A program made the translations under genes and the position numbers. This document shows, one piece after another, positions 24,981 to 37,295 of a stretch of 64,000 nt of DNA. Source of the stretch: the human T2T-CHM13v2.0 reference genome, Homo sapiens; assembly GCF_009914755.1 (NCBI RefSeq), contig NC_060927.1. One strand, written 5' to 3'. The notes beneath the pieces are model-generated. The model saw only the letters and a list, made by a program, of their open reading frames with translations. It had not been told where the DNA came from and did no database searches. Position 1 is the first letter of the stretch. Each line of letters starts with the position of its first letter.

Positions 24981-26509
24981 ATATAAACTAGCAAAGGGAT
25001 CTAAAGGATACTAGAGGGGATGCATCTCAGCATCATCCTGGTGCCTGATAGTAGCAGTATGCACTACCAGAGCTGCAAAAAGGCAAGGGGTGTCATAGTT
25101 CACTATTCTGTTAACTCAAATTTAATTAAGTTCTGCACTCATTCAGTTGGATGGACATATGTTCAAGCTTAGTCCCTTTTCAGAACCTGTGCCTTAGGAT
25201 TGCACCTCATGCATGAATGCTCTGAGGACTGGGAATTGGAGGAATGTTTGTCTGTGGGGGTGGCGGGGGTGGTGGTGATGGTGTTCAGGGTAAGGATGAG
25301 GGTTATAGGAGCAATCGATGAATAGCTCTTCCTAAATGCTGGCCCTTCAAGGTCCACCAGGGCCTCAACAAGCCAGAGCTTTATAGCTGCCCCCTTGGTC
25401 CTCACTTTTAATCTGTCAGGGAAGAGCAAGCCCTCACCAGAAAATAAAGCAGTGTAACCCTCCACGCAGTTATTGAATCTTCTCCCCTTGCTTTCCAAAG
25501 GCACTTTGTAATCTGACCCCTTCCATCCCACAGCTTCCCCCAACTACAGCCTCGGCTGCAGTCAGGCCAGTCTCATCTCCATCCTGCCTGATCCCTGGCT
25601 GCCCCTGTGTGCCTCCATCCCCAGTGACTCTTCACGCTTTGATTTTGGTTAGAAACACCCTGCTGTTCCTTCTTCACTTGTTACGATCTCATCCCATCTT
25701 TCCAGTTTCAAAGCAAGCTCTCCTTCCTCCAGGAAGCCTTTGCTGGCTGCTTCAATCCACACAGTCAGTTCCTTCCCTGACTGCCAAAAACACTCTCAGC
25801 TGTGGCCTGTCACCTGTTGTCATTTTTGTGTGGATGCTTCACCTCCCCAGATGGACTGTCAGCAGAGACATTAACTGATAAAAGCCTCTCAGAATTTTCC
25901 ACAGCATAGAACATGAGGACACAAAGGATGTTCTCAGAGAAAAGGTAATAAATCCACTGATGGTAGTATATGAAAGTTAAGAGTCGGCAGTGATTCCTAA
26001 TTCCAGTTCTCCTTAGAAGTGCAATTACAAGCAATGGGCTGAGCAGTATCCATTTTATTTCTCCATGCTTACTCTTCAATATTGGCTGAGCTATATTTCA
26101 TGGTGGGAAAGAAAGAGGGACTCCTTCTCCCACTTTCTTCCTCTGCCTCTACTTCCCAATCCTTTCCCCAGATGAGACCTTGCATCAAGTGCCCCCCAAC
26201 TGCATTGCCTCTATTTACCATGAGAAGGAGGCCCACAGCTGTTAAACATCATGGTCCTCCAAGTATAAGCCACAAAATCATGTGCTGTGGGTCTGGATGT
26301 GCCAAGCCTCAGAGGACTTCATGAGAAAGGGTATAGATCCAGCCACAGGTGGGATGATGGGTTCTGCTATGCTCAGAGACAACAGATACACTGGGAAAGA
26401 ATGAGAGGCTTAGAGAGAGACCCTGGGTGGATTAATGCATTTGCTCAGTAGTGGGAGATTGATATGAGAACCATATCTTGTAATCTGAAAAATGTAGCAG
26501 AAGGAGCAG

Positions 26510-26840
26510 AATGTAGTAGATCTTGTTTCCCAGATCTCTTTGCATGTGAATGGGTTCATGTGATTGAGTTTTAACCAACAGACTGTGGATGATAGCGATA
26601 TCCACCACCTCTAGGCCTGGCCCACAGGAACCTCCACGTGAGGCTCACACAACAAGCCTCTTGATAAAGAAGATGCAGCAAATGGCTTTAGGCTCCAGGG
26701 ATTCACAGACTGGAAAGTAGAAGGCACCCTGGTCTTTCAGTCATTTTGGAGAAGAGATTCATCAATCAAATTCCCATACTGTATTCATGAATATGCAAGA
26801 AATCAACTACCGTATTAAGCCACCAAGACTTCAAGGATTT
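26510..26840 (+). mobile_element. MLT1-family LTR fragment
   Basis: 'tttcccagatctctttgcatgtgaatgggttcatgtgattgagtttt...ctaggcctggcccacaggaacctcc'. Confidence 0.65.
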
Positions 26841-27019
26841 CCTGTAAGAGAAGCTTAGCCAAAATAAGGATTGCATGTGACATCTAAAGCACTTAGCGCC
26901 ATGCATGACACCAAGTAAGCACACAGTATATGGTTGCTATTGCTTTCGGTATCCCTAACTCTATGCAACACTTTATAACTTCTAGGAGACTACCATATTA
27001 GAGAGATGAATTTAATTTG

Positions 27020-27950
27020 TGTTACCAAGCACTGAGGATGATACAAAGGCAGAGATGCCATTCTTCAGGGACTCATATTCTAGTGGTACAATTAGACCCG
27101 TAATATAGGGAACTATATTGCAAGGTAAATTTTATTAAATGCTTTGAAAGAGATTCAATCTGCGATGAGAAGTGGGAGATTAATTTTAGCTGAAGAATTT
27201 AAAGTGTTCCTGGAGGAAGGACAATGTGAATAGGGCCTTGAGGTACAGGTGGACATTTGACAGGTGGACATTGGTCAGAGGGATTGGAGCAGCGAGAATT
27301 CTAGATACTGGGAAGCGCCCTAGAGAGACCCAACAGAAGTTTCCAAGCCACTTCCTCTGTTCTTCTGTATAAGGAAGACTTGGGAGAAGATAAGCTGTGT
27401 TAGGACCAGGTACAGGCAGATTGGACAGTGCTTTGGCAGTGTAGCAGGAATTAGGGCTACAAATGTCAACTGGGACTAGATTGAGAGGTCCCTGGAATGC
27501 CAAGCTAAAGAGTTCAGATTTTACTTTATTAATCATGAGGTGCATTTTAAGGCCCTGGCTAGAAATGATAGAAACCTAACTGGCACTAGCTTATGCAAAC
27601 AAGGGTATTTACAGGCTCTGTACATAATCAGAATATAAGTAGGATTAGAGCTGGTCCTCAGGATCAGATGAAACCAGACAGATGAATATCATCAAGAATC
27701 ACAGGTAGCAATCCCCTATCCTCACCCCCATTCACTCTCATAATAGTCTTTTAAATGACTTTTAGCAGTTTTCAGTATCTAAAACTATTTGTTTATTGAC
27801 TTGTCCAACTTCCTAGGATATTAGCTTCCTGAGGATACAAGTCAGTCTGTTTGTTTACTATGACATCCCAGCTTCTAGTATGGCTTCCTGCATGCCTGGC
27901 ACATAGCAAGCACTCAGTGAATGTTTGCTGAAAAAATGACATAAATGAAT
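27020..27950. mobile_element. L2 fragments (27020-27555 minus; 27780-27950 plus) with an LTR fragment between
   Basis: L2 motifs 'ggaatgccaagctaaagagttcagattttact' and 'gcctggcacatagcaagcactcagtgaatgtttgctgaa'. Confidence 0.6.
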
Positions 27951-29635
27951 CAGAGATTTTAAGATGTGCTGGTTAGGCAAACATGGATATTTAATCTCCC
28001 TGACTGCTCCAGTTCTTCTATATAAATTTGTACATTTGCAGAAAGGTTTGAATGGCTCAATATCTCTGTGATTAATATTCCCCAAGAGTCACCAATCAGA
28101 GTGAACTTCTGCTTATGCAAGGCTGAAGGTCAGAAGCTGGTCTCTGGTGGAATAATTGAGATGAATCATCTTGTAGTACCCCAGGGAGGTAGACCAGCCA
28201 GCCTGTGCCAAGATGCTTTGACAATTCCAGGGGTATCTTTGAAATGTGTACAATCTCTGCCTCATATTTCTAGAAGCAAACCCTATCCTTGAAGACTCTG
28301 AACAGAGCATAGGGGCTTTAAGTCACATAAAGGGCCACAGTGATATTTTCTTGACCCTATTCTGCAAATGGAAGTCACTAGGGGGGCTTTGCTAAGAAGT
28401 CTTCACCTAGGCATAACCAAGACACTTTTAATCTCCTGTTATTCCATGGTTGGATGAATGCTAAAACTATGTCATCCTCTCTTTGTTCTGAGGTCCTACC
28501 AGGTTGTTTGGTTTTGCCAAGTCAGAGATTGTTTGAACATACTGAAGAGTTCCACATCTGTTCTCTCTGGTATCATGTGACAAAAGATGATCACAACCCT
28601 ATTTTGAGCCTCTTTGTCTAAAATAGCCTTCCCTATTTTTACTTCCATTTAACTAAAAGCAGCCAAAGTTTTTTTCAGGCTCAAGACAAATAATCATCAC
28701 ACAGTGTTCTGGGTGGGCTGACTTCTTTTTAGCCACTCCGCCCCCACCTATCTTTGACCTATAACATTTTCACCTTGATATGCTGAATATTTTATTCTTG
28801 TGTTGCTCTGAGGATAAATGAGGTACCAAAGTGTTCTTTTATATTTTTACTTCCCATTTTTGTAGTTTGAAATATGTTTTTGTTAGCACAGTTAAACACC
28901 ACCAGAAGTCACAGAGCCACACAGGCATAGTGGCATATTACACACCAGTATATCCGGCTTTTTGCCCATTTGAAGGAATCCTATCTGACGAAAACCTGGA
29001 AATAAAAAGAGTTAAGTAACAGAGACAAGAATACTCCCTAATTTTCTCAACAGACAGAATGGCTTTTTGGGGGAAGGCGAAGAGTAGTATCCGTAAACTA
29101 TATCCATATTATTGCAGTCACTTATTATAATCACAGAGTCTTTCAGATGAATCCAAAAATGTCTCTCTTCCTACACTAGGGTGAAATAATGGTGAGGCAT
29201 TAGTGGTACAAGCAAATTACTGTGGTTCACCTCATATTTCTGTTGTCTAAGCTTTGTCATTATTAGGGAGATGAATTTGTGCCAATCCATTCCTAAATCT
29301 CACTTGGTCTCACCTGGAACCAGTGATATTTATTTACCAGCAAGTAATCGGGACATAATTTCCATGTGTGGCTATCACGAATCTGAGACTCAAATTTACC
29401 ATTCACCAAAAATTTTTATTGAACACCAACCAGGTACAAAGATTTATTCTAGAGATTTAGAGGGCACAAGAGTGATAAATGTTCTGTCCTTTAGAAACTG
29501 TTATTCTAAAAGGAGAAAGAGAAAAAGTGCCTAAGTATGCTAAAACAAAAATAAGTGCCCTTAGAGGTAAGAAGAAGGAGTGATAAAGCAAAGATCAAAT
29601 CTGTGGACGTGAACTGGGTTTGACTCTCAGTCTAC

Positions 29636-29910
29636 ATGTATCAGTCAGCTAAGCTACTACTGCAACAATACTGTGTAACAGGCATCCTTGAAAGTTTCAT
29701 AGTTTACAATAATAAACATTAATCTCACTCTGCAGGAGCCAAATGTGCTTTGACTGATCTAGACTGTGCTCTTTTTAGACTCCTGGACTTGGCTCTAGAT
29801 TGTGGCTTGGATTCATGACTTCTCCACATATTACTCACCTTCTTGGGCCAGTAACCACCTGAGACATATTCTTCTCATTGCAAAAGAAAGGCAAATGACC
29901 TCAGACTTTG
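29636..29910 (-). mobile_element. MLT1-family LTR fragment
   Basis: 'tgtatcagtcagctaagctactactgcaacaatactgtgtaaca'. Confidence 0.6.
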
Positions 29911-30604
29911 GCCACATAAGCCCGTGTATTTTAAGAATGATTCAGGAAAGAGTTTCTTCATAGAAAAGACCATTTAAGAAAGCTATAGTTTCTGAACAGC
30001 AAGAATAATACGCATGTGAAAGCAGGTAAAACCCTCTACAGCCCCTACGTCTCTTTCTTTCTCTCTTGGAATTTATTCTGGTGGTAAAATCAATGTTAAA
30101 ATAACTACTACAACGATTGTGACAATGGCATAATAGTTTGAAAATGTATGTTGGTATTATAAGGTTGATGACCTTTCCAGGATGAATTTTGCTTCACGAA
30201 GTTCTTTAAAAGGTTTTGAGGGTATGAATTGCTTAGGGACATAATTTGAGATAAGGTAGGGAAAGTAAAAATATTATAGGGACAAAATGTCCTAAACTCT
30301 GGAATATTAGAGTCTGGAATTTAGTGAAAGGAAAAGAAGAGGAAGAATTGACCAAGAATATTATACAGAGTTGGTGCTTGGGTTTACAAACATGGGGTTT
30401 AGAAAAAAATTCACTATGACGAGTATTAGTTGGAGAATATTGCCTGATATTAATTTTTAAATTATTTTTACTGTACCACGCTAAGTTACTTTAGCTGTCA
30501 AATGCTGCATGTGTACATTAAGGTCTATACCATACAGTGGTCTTCTATAAGTGAACTTGGAGGGAGTGAAAAAATATAGATTCTGAACAGTATGGAGCCA
30601 AGGA

Positions 30605-31375
30605 CAGTTGGCCCTCGGACAAAATAAATTTGAACTGCTGAGGTCCACTTAGACATGGATTTTTCTTCCAATAAAAGTTACACCAAATTTGCCTACCTCT
30701 CCTACCTCCCTTTCCACCTTCTGCATCTCTTCCACCTCTGCCACCCCTAAGAGAGCAAGAACAACCCATCTCTTCCTCCTCCTCTTCAGTCTACTCAATG
30801 TGAGGACAAGGAGGATAAACACCTTTATGATTATCCACTTCTACTTAATGAATGGTAAATGTATTTCCTTTTCCTTATGATTTTCTTAGCTGGGCGTGGT
30901 GGTGCCCACCTGTAGTCACAGCTACTCAGAAGGCTAGGGTGGGAAGATCACTTGAGCCTAGGAGGGGAAGGTTGCAATGAGCCTAGATCATGCATCTCTT
31001 CCACCTCTGCCACCCCTGAGACAGCAAGAATAACCCATTCTCTTCCTCCTTCTCTTCAGTTTACTCAATGTGAGGATAATGAGGATGAAGACTTTTATAA
31101 TGATCCACTTCTAATTAATGAATAGTAAATATATTTTCTCTTCCTTATGATTTTCTTACTCACATTTTCTTTTCTCTAGCTTACTTTATTGTAAGAATAC
31201 AGTATAGAATACATAAAACATATAAAATATGTATTAATCAACTCTATGTTGTCAGTAAGGCTTCTGGTCAACAGTATTAGCAGTTAAGTTTTTGGAAAGT
31301 CAAAATTTACACATGGATTTTTGACTGCATGGGGGATCAGTGCCCCTAACTTTCCCATTGTTTAAGGGTAAACTG
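30605..31375 (+). mobile_element. Tigger2a (TcMar-Tigger) with internal duplication and Alu filler
   Basis: Terminal inverted repeats cagttggccctcggacaa ... ttgtttaagggtaaactg; body matches recalled Tigger2a. Confidence 0.9.
30886..30993 (+). mobile_element. Internal Alu right-arm fragment without poly-A tail
   Basis: 'ttagctgggcgtggtggtgcccacctgtagtc...gcctagatcatgc'. Confidence 0.9.
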
Positions 31376-31915
31376 CAATAATAGAAAAAAAAAAAGGAAT
31401 TTCAAGATGCAAGACAGGCAAAGATGGAAAACTAAGCAGCTGGGAGTAATCACAGTGAGAGGCCAAATAATAGAAATATAAGCCTGCCAAGAATTATTGA
31501 ATTCTAGGCTGTCTTCAAATTTTTCAGCTATCCTTAATTTTGCTTTGATTTCTGTTGGGAACTCCTCTCCGCCTGCTGTCGGGCCTATCAGACACACGGC
31601 CCTTCTCTTCTACTCCCGAGTGGAGGAAGAGCATGCAACACAACATGCTTAGTACAGCGCCTTTACCCTCCTGAGCACAGCAACTGGTCCAGTTGGGCAC
31701 CAAGCTCAATCTGTGGAGTGGGCATAGGGGCTGTAATAGATGCTGGGAAAAAGAGGATATCTTTCCTTCAGTAGCTGTAAAATCTAAGGATCCTGTATAA
31801 GTCCAGTTATAATAATAGTCATCTTTTCTACCACGGAGAGAGAGCCTGCCTGAGAATGAAGCTAATATAGCAGAAGGCAGAAGCAAGAGGTGGGGAATAA
31901 GAGAGGCTTGGTTAC

Positions 31916-32321
31916 TGTCTTAGTCCATTTGTGTTGCTGTAAAGAGGCTGTGCCTGAGGCTAAGTAGTTTATAAATAAAAAACATTTTTTTGGCTCAGGG
32001 TTCTACAGGCTGTACAAGAAGCACTGCACCAGCATGTATTTCTGGTGAGGGGCTGCAGGAGATTCCACTGGGCAGGGGAGCTGGCATGTAGAGATCACAT
32101 GGTGAGAGAAGAGGAGGGGCCAGGCTCTTTTCAACAACCAGTTCTCATGAGGAACTAAGAGTAAGAACTCACTCACTCCTGCTAGAAGGGCCCCAAAGCC
32201 ATTCATAAGAAATCTGTCCCACAATCCAAACACCTCCCATTAGGCCCCACCTTCAACACTGGGGATCAAATTTCAATGTGAGACTTGGAGGAGCCAAACA
32301 AACCATATCTAAACCATAGCA
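31916..32321 (-). mobile_element. MSTB-like MaLR solo LTR nested in an MLT1K-like LTR
   Basis: 'tgtcttagtccatttgtgttgctgtaaag ... ggggatcaaatttcaatgtgag...aaaccatagca'. Confidence 0.85.
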
Positions 32322-32487
32322 GTGGCATCCTTTGAACTCACGGATCCAGTCATAACTGAAGTTCCATCTACACCTGGGGTCTTCAGACCCAGGCTCTGGA
32401 AAAGATCCTGTTACTTACAAGCAAAAGAAATTCTGCCTCTTACCCTCAGGTATGTGTGTGCTAATTTACCCAGTCTTCTCTCTGCAG

Positions 32488-33045
32488 CAGGAGGAAGAAA
32501 CTTTTTATGTAAAGGGCCAGATAGCAAATATTTTAGGCTTTGCAGGCCATAAGAACACTATAAGAACTACTCAACACTGCTGCTATAGCACAGAAATAGC
32601 CATGGACAGTATGTAAATGAAGCAGCAGGGTTGTGTTCCAATCAAACTTTATTTATAGCTGGGTGCAGTGGCTCACGCTTGTAATCCCAGCACTTTGGAA
32701 GGTCGAGACAGGTGCATCGCTTGAGTCCAGGAGTTTGAGACAAGCCTAGGCAACATGGGGAAACTCTGTTTCTACAAAAATAAATTAAAATAATTAGCTT
32801 TGGGTGGTGGCCCCTCCCTGTAGTCCCAGCTACTCAGGAGGCTGAGGCCGGAGGATCACTTGAGCCCAGGAGAAGGAGGCTGCAATGAGCTTAGATCATG
32901 CCACTGCACTCTAGCCTGGGTGACAGAGTGAGATTCTGTCTCAAAAAAGCAAACAACAAGAAAAAAAAGCCATAACATTTTATTTACAAAAACAGGTTGG
33001 ATAGATTTTGCTCTCACCCTGGGATTTGCTGACCTCTCTGCTCTA
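32488..33045. mobile_element. MER58A hAT MITE split by an Alu
   Basis: 'tgtaaagggccagatagcaaatattttaggctttgcaggccata...gtgttccaatcaaactttattta'. Confidence 0.85.
32657..32968 (+). mobile_element. Full-length AluJ
   Basis: AluJ features (ggaggatcacttgagcccagg) and A-rich tail. Confidence 0.92.
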
Positions 33046-33336
33046 CAGATACCTTAAATGGTAGATTCACATTCCTTAAGGAGAAAACTTTATATAGGGG
33101 CTTAGAAATGCTTCTAAAAGTCATTGCCATAGTTAAAAAAAAAAAGTTTTTTTTAACATGGTACAACAGATTCTGCATAAATTTGCATGTTTTTCCTTTA
33201 TCCACTCTATGTATGGAGTTAAACATATGAAACATAAAGTGTTCATAAAACATAGGTGCTAACACTGGACTTCCTAGGCCTCAATCCAGTGAAACTTTGA
33301 AAATTAGTTTACTGTCTAATCAGTACTGTCCAAATC

Positions 33337-33339
<3 letters not shown>

Positions 33340-33375
<36 letters not shown>
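33340..33375 (+). repeat. Pure A36 mononucleotide run
   Basis: Direct count. Confidence 0.95.
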
Positions 33376-33377
<2 letters not shown>

Positions 33378-33759
33378 CATCTCAGTTTTATTTTTTGTAT
33401 TATATTTTTCATGATGACTGTTGTCATCCAGCAATACTCACCAACCTTTACTTTATCCCTTTGCCAAAAGACTCAGTGAAAACTCCCTTCCCAGCTCATT
33501 AATTATTTTATTTTCCAATCTGTTGATTCTCTAACAGAGCTTCCCCATTTGAAGTAGGTCTTAGCACTTTGTACAACACTGATGCTAGTGGATGAAATAT
33601 TTGCCTACTTAGCTTTATTCTTTTCTTATGAAACACAATCAGAATAGCCACCAGAAACATGTATATGAATCAATTAAAAATACCTTTAAGTATCAATCAT
33701 GACCAAATTAAAAATCAAGTTTACATGTATCAATCAATAACAACTACAGAAAATATAGA

Positions 33760-34060
33760 CACAAGGCCTAGTTCTTCCACCATCCAGTTATCCTATCTAC
33801 TACTTCCATGAGTTCTGGAAGCTACTGTCACGTCACATTCTACTGGGTTGAATATCACTAAGTCCTAGAATTCCCTAGGATGGCAGCCATCTCTCTGGGG
33901 GCCTTGAATCCTGAGAGTTGATGTCTGGATCTGACAAAGTCCTGGTTGACCTCTTTATCTGGTGCAGTCAGTCTCTCCAATACACTTATGATGAGTCTTT
34001 TCTGAACTTATGACTCCAGGTATGCATATTCTCTATAGACCAAGATCATTTCTCCTGGCG
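33760..34060 (-). mobile_element. Possible CR1/L3/L2-clade AP-endonuclease fossil
   Basis: Minus-strand translation LES*VQKRLIISVLERLTAPDKEVNQDFVR...AAILGNS resembles the CR1 endonuclease domain. Confidence 0.4.
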
Positions 34061-34409
34061 TCTCTTGGAAGGCCAGAGGCTGGTAGAAAGAGCTTAGTCT
34101 TTGAAGTATGAAAAATGTCAACTATATTCACTGCCCCCAAGATATAGACCTCCACAACCTTAAACCTACTCCCTTCCCAGAGCCCAGGATTCAATCTGCC
34201 TCTTGATCCATCAGATTATGCATCAGCTGGATCTCCTAGCAGGATCTCTGGATTCATGGGCTCCAATTTCCTCTGCATTTGCATTATGATAATGTTAGTG
34301 TTCAGCACCATGCCTGACACTTAGTAGAGGCTCAATAAGTGTTAGCTGAATGCATAAGCAAGCTAATAAATATGTTGGAACCTCGCACATGCCCCTCAAC
34401 TGGCAGATG

Positions 34410-34877
34410 GTTGTGATAGAATGGAATACTGTTTGCCAAATATCCATCCCCTACTGCCCTCCCACACAAGAAATATACTTACCTGCTTGATTGATATTAG
34501 ACTTGGCCACTTGACTTTCTTTGTTCTCATAATAGGCAGATTATGCTTCCTCATCCTTTGAATTTAGACTTGGCCAAGTCACTTGTTTCATCTAATGGGA
34601 TGTACACAGACTTGATGCAATAGTGATTTTTGCAGTGTCACTTACTCTCTTACATGGTTGTCATTGCCATGAGAAGAACTCCCACTCTTCCCCAGTCCCA
34701 ACCAAATCCAGCTGGATCAGCACCATGAACACAACCACTCAGCCTCACCCAGCCTATGACAACCCATTACCAGGCCACCCACCACCAGGTTAGTAAGAAT
34801 AAATAACTATTATTTGAAGCCACAGAGTTTGAAGTGCTTTGTTATGCACCATTATTGTAGCACTAGTTAACAGATAC
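34410..34877 (+). mobile_element. MLT1-family LTR
   Basis: Ends 'aataaataactattatttgaagccacagagtttgaagtgctttgttatgcacc...ttaacagatac'. Confidence 0.7.
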
Positions 34878-36459
34878 CTCCGTTACCGCAACAACAATAA
34901 CAGCACTGTCATTATTGCTATCATTGCTATTAATCATGAGACATATCTGCACATGACATTGTCCATTTGCAGCAGCTGTATCTGCACTGAAAAGACAGAG
35001 GGGACCACGGCAGCTCTAGTGGCTAAGTAGGTGACAACTGAAGAAGAAAGGGAGATGCTGGGAAAGGGAAGAGACCCAAATACATAGCTTGTTAAATACA
35101 CAGCAGGGCTGAAGACCCGCCTTGAAGGTAATGGCTACCACATCTAGAAAATCCTTTCTCTACTGAGGAAGAAAAACTAACGCCCCAGATTTTCTTTGCA
35201 CTTGCCCATGAAGTGAAGAAATCAGTTCCCTCTTTAAAATTACTCTTTCAAAAGGTCCTCACAGACTTGAGTGGGCACAACCAGTTTAACAATAGCTTCC
35301 CATGGTATTAAGACGCAGGTGCAGGCATTTATCAGGGTCCTAGGCTTTCAGTAGTGGTGACTATTAAATGCAAGCCCAAACGTGTGCCTTCCATCCAGCC
35401 TTGATTTCTGAAGCTAATATAAAACCTTGCATATACATTCATTGCCTTTTCCCTGAGAAGTTTCTAAAAAAAAAAAAAAAAAAAGGAAAGAAACAGAAAA
35501 GAAAATGGCTTTTTGTTTGAATTTCCTTAAAGAGTCATTTGCTGAAGCAAGTATCATCAGCTCTTGTAAACACACAAAATTCATTTAACTGATCTCTGAC
35601 TGTTCTGAGAAATTGGAACCTGAAGCTTTGTAGCAAATTGTCTCAGACAGATCATGGAATGTGAAATGCATATGATATAGGCAAGACTGCCTTTATGACA
35701 ACTCAGCCAGTGAAGAAAACAATTGCTTGTGCTTTTAGTGCTCTGGGATAGGGCTCCAGGGTCTGCAGTCTTGATAGGGAAGTCACCCCAAAGCTTGAGG
35801 CACACATTCTGCAAGTAAGACTCAAGAAGCTGTGGACAAGGATAGCTGGAGGACACAGAGGCCTAGGAGGAAACTTAAATATTACTCAGACTTACCCAAT
35901 CTGTGTGATAAAAGTTGCTCAGATGATTTCACTCTCCCTCCTCACCCATCTGCCTCTTTCTCCAGCTTCCAAAGAAGTGTCTAAGTAAGCCAAGGGGACC
36001 AAACTGTGCACTCAAGAATGCTGACTAGCGCATGCTGGCTTTCCCTGAGTGTGCCCCATAAATAAAGGTGGTGCTTCGTGGCATCTTTTCAACTCCTTCT
36101 CTCCTTTCCTTTGGTTCCCTCTCTCTGAGAGATCTCATCCCCTGCATAGTTGGTGACTATCAAAACTTTAATTCTAGCTTGATTTCTCTGTTAAGAAAAA
36201 TCCATAAGTCAGGAAACTGAACTTGCATATTGCACAAGCATTCAGACTCAGCATGACCCAAGTAGAACTCATTAATTCCCCCCAGATATATTTCTTCCCC
36301 TGCCTTTCTCATATCAAGTAAAGGCATCATCCCAAGCTAAGGATCCCAGGATCATTCTTTTACTCTTTTCTTTTCTCCACCCTCAAAGCCAAAGGGATGT
36401 GAAGAGGTGCAATTTCCATACTGCTAATCTACATCTGTCATTTTTTTCCAGTAAACTGC

Positions 36460-37295
36460 CCATTCATTTACTCATCTAGTATTTATTGAGTCCTTATACT
36501 GTGTCAGGCATTCTAGGTGATTTGAGATATAGTAGTGAGCAAACAGACCAAGAAGCCTACATTGGAGCTACATTTGAGTGTGGAAAGACAGACAATAAAC
36601 AATAAATAAAATGAATATGAAAATAACATAGCATGCTAGGAGGTGATGCATGCTATGGAAAATAATAAAAAAAAAAAAGAGAGTCAGTTAGGTGGATGAG
36701 CTATACTGGGGAAGAGGAGGAGTCTTGTTAGATACGGTGGACAGGGCAAGCTTTCCTGAGAAGATGAGGTTTGAGCAGTGAGTGATGGGATTAAAGTAGT
36801 GGTCCAGGTGTATATCTGGGGGAAGCAGGATTGGATCACCTGGAGCAGAGGCCCAAAGGAAGGCTGGAGTTTGCTGGGGTGTTTGTGGAAGTGTCAGCCC
36901 AGCAGGCAAGGAGGGGAGTGAGTGAGGGAGATGGTGAGGAGGGTAGAGCCAGTGGGGTGTTTGTGGAAGTGTCAGCCCAGCAGGCAAGGAGGGGAGTGAG
37001 TGAGGGAGATGGTGAGGAGGGTAGAGCCAGTGGGGTGTTACGATTGGCTAAATGCGGGTGTGAAAGAGAAAAATCAGGGGAAACTCCAAGATTGCATCCT
37101 GAACAACTGAAAGGGTGGAGTTGCCATCAACTGAGATGAGGAAGGCTGTGGGGAGCAGGTTTGAGGAAGGCAAGATCAGGAGATCTGTTTTGGTCATGCT
37201 GAATTTGGGATATCTATTAGACATGTAAGTGGAGATATCAAGTAAACAGTTAGCGATAAAGGGCTGAAATTCAGGAGAGAGCTTCAGACTGGAGG
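36460..37295 (-). mobile_element. L2 containing a 78-bp tandem duplication
   Basis: Antisense L2 3' end 'cattcatttactcatctagtatttattgagtcc' through 'ggagttgccatcaactgagatgaggaaggctg...tgaaattcaggagag'. Confidence 0.85.
36875..37039. repeat. Perfect 78-bp tandem duplication (2 copies + 9 bp)
   Basis: 36875-36952 is identical to 36953-37030. Confidence 0.97.

Noticed and set aside
34716-34736. REST/RE1-like ATCAGCACCATGAACACAACC (and a half-site near 34302)
   Set aside because: The right half-site GGACAG is broken and both lie within repeats.
36831-37139. ORF with a 26-aa repeat
   Set aside because: Consequence of the 78-bp duplication in an L2; no gene context.
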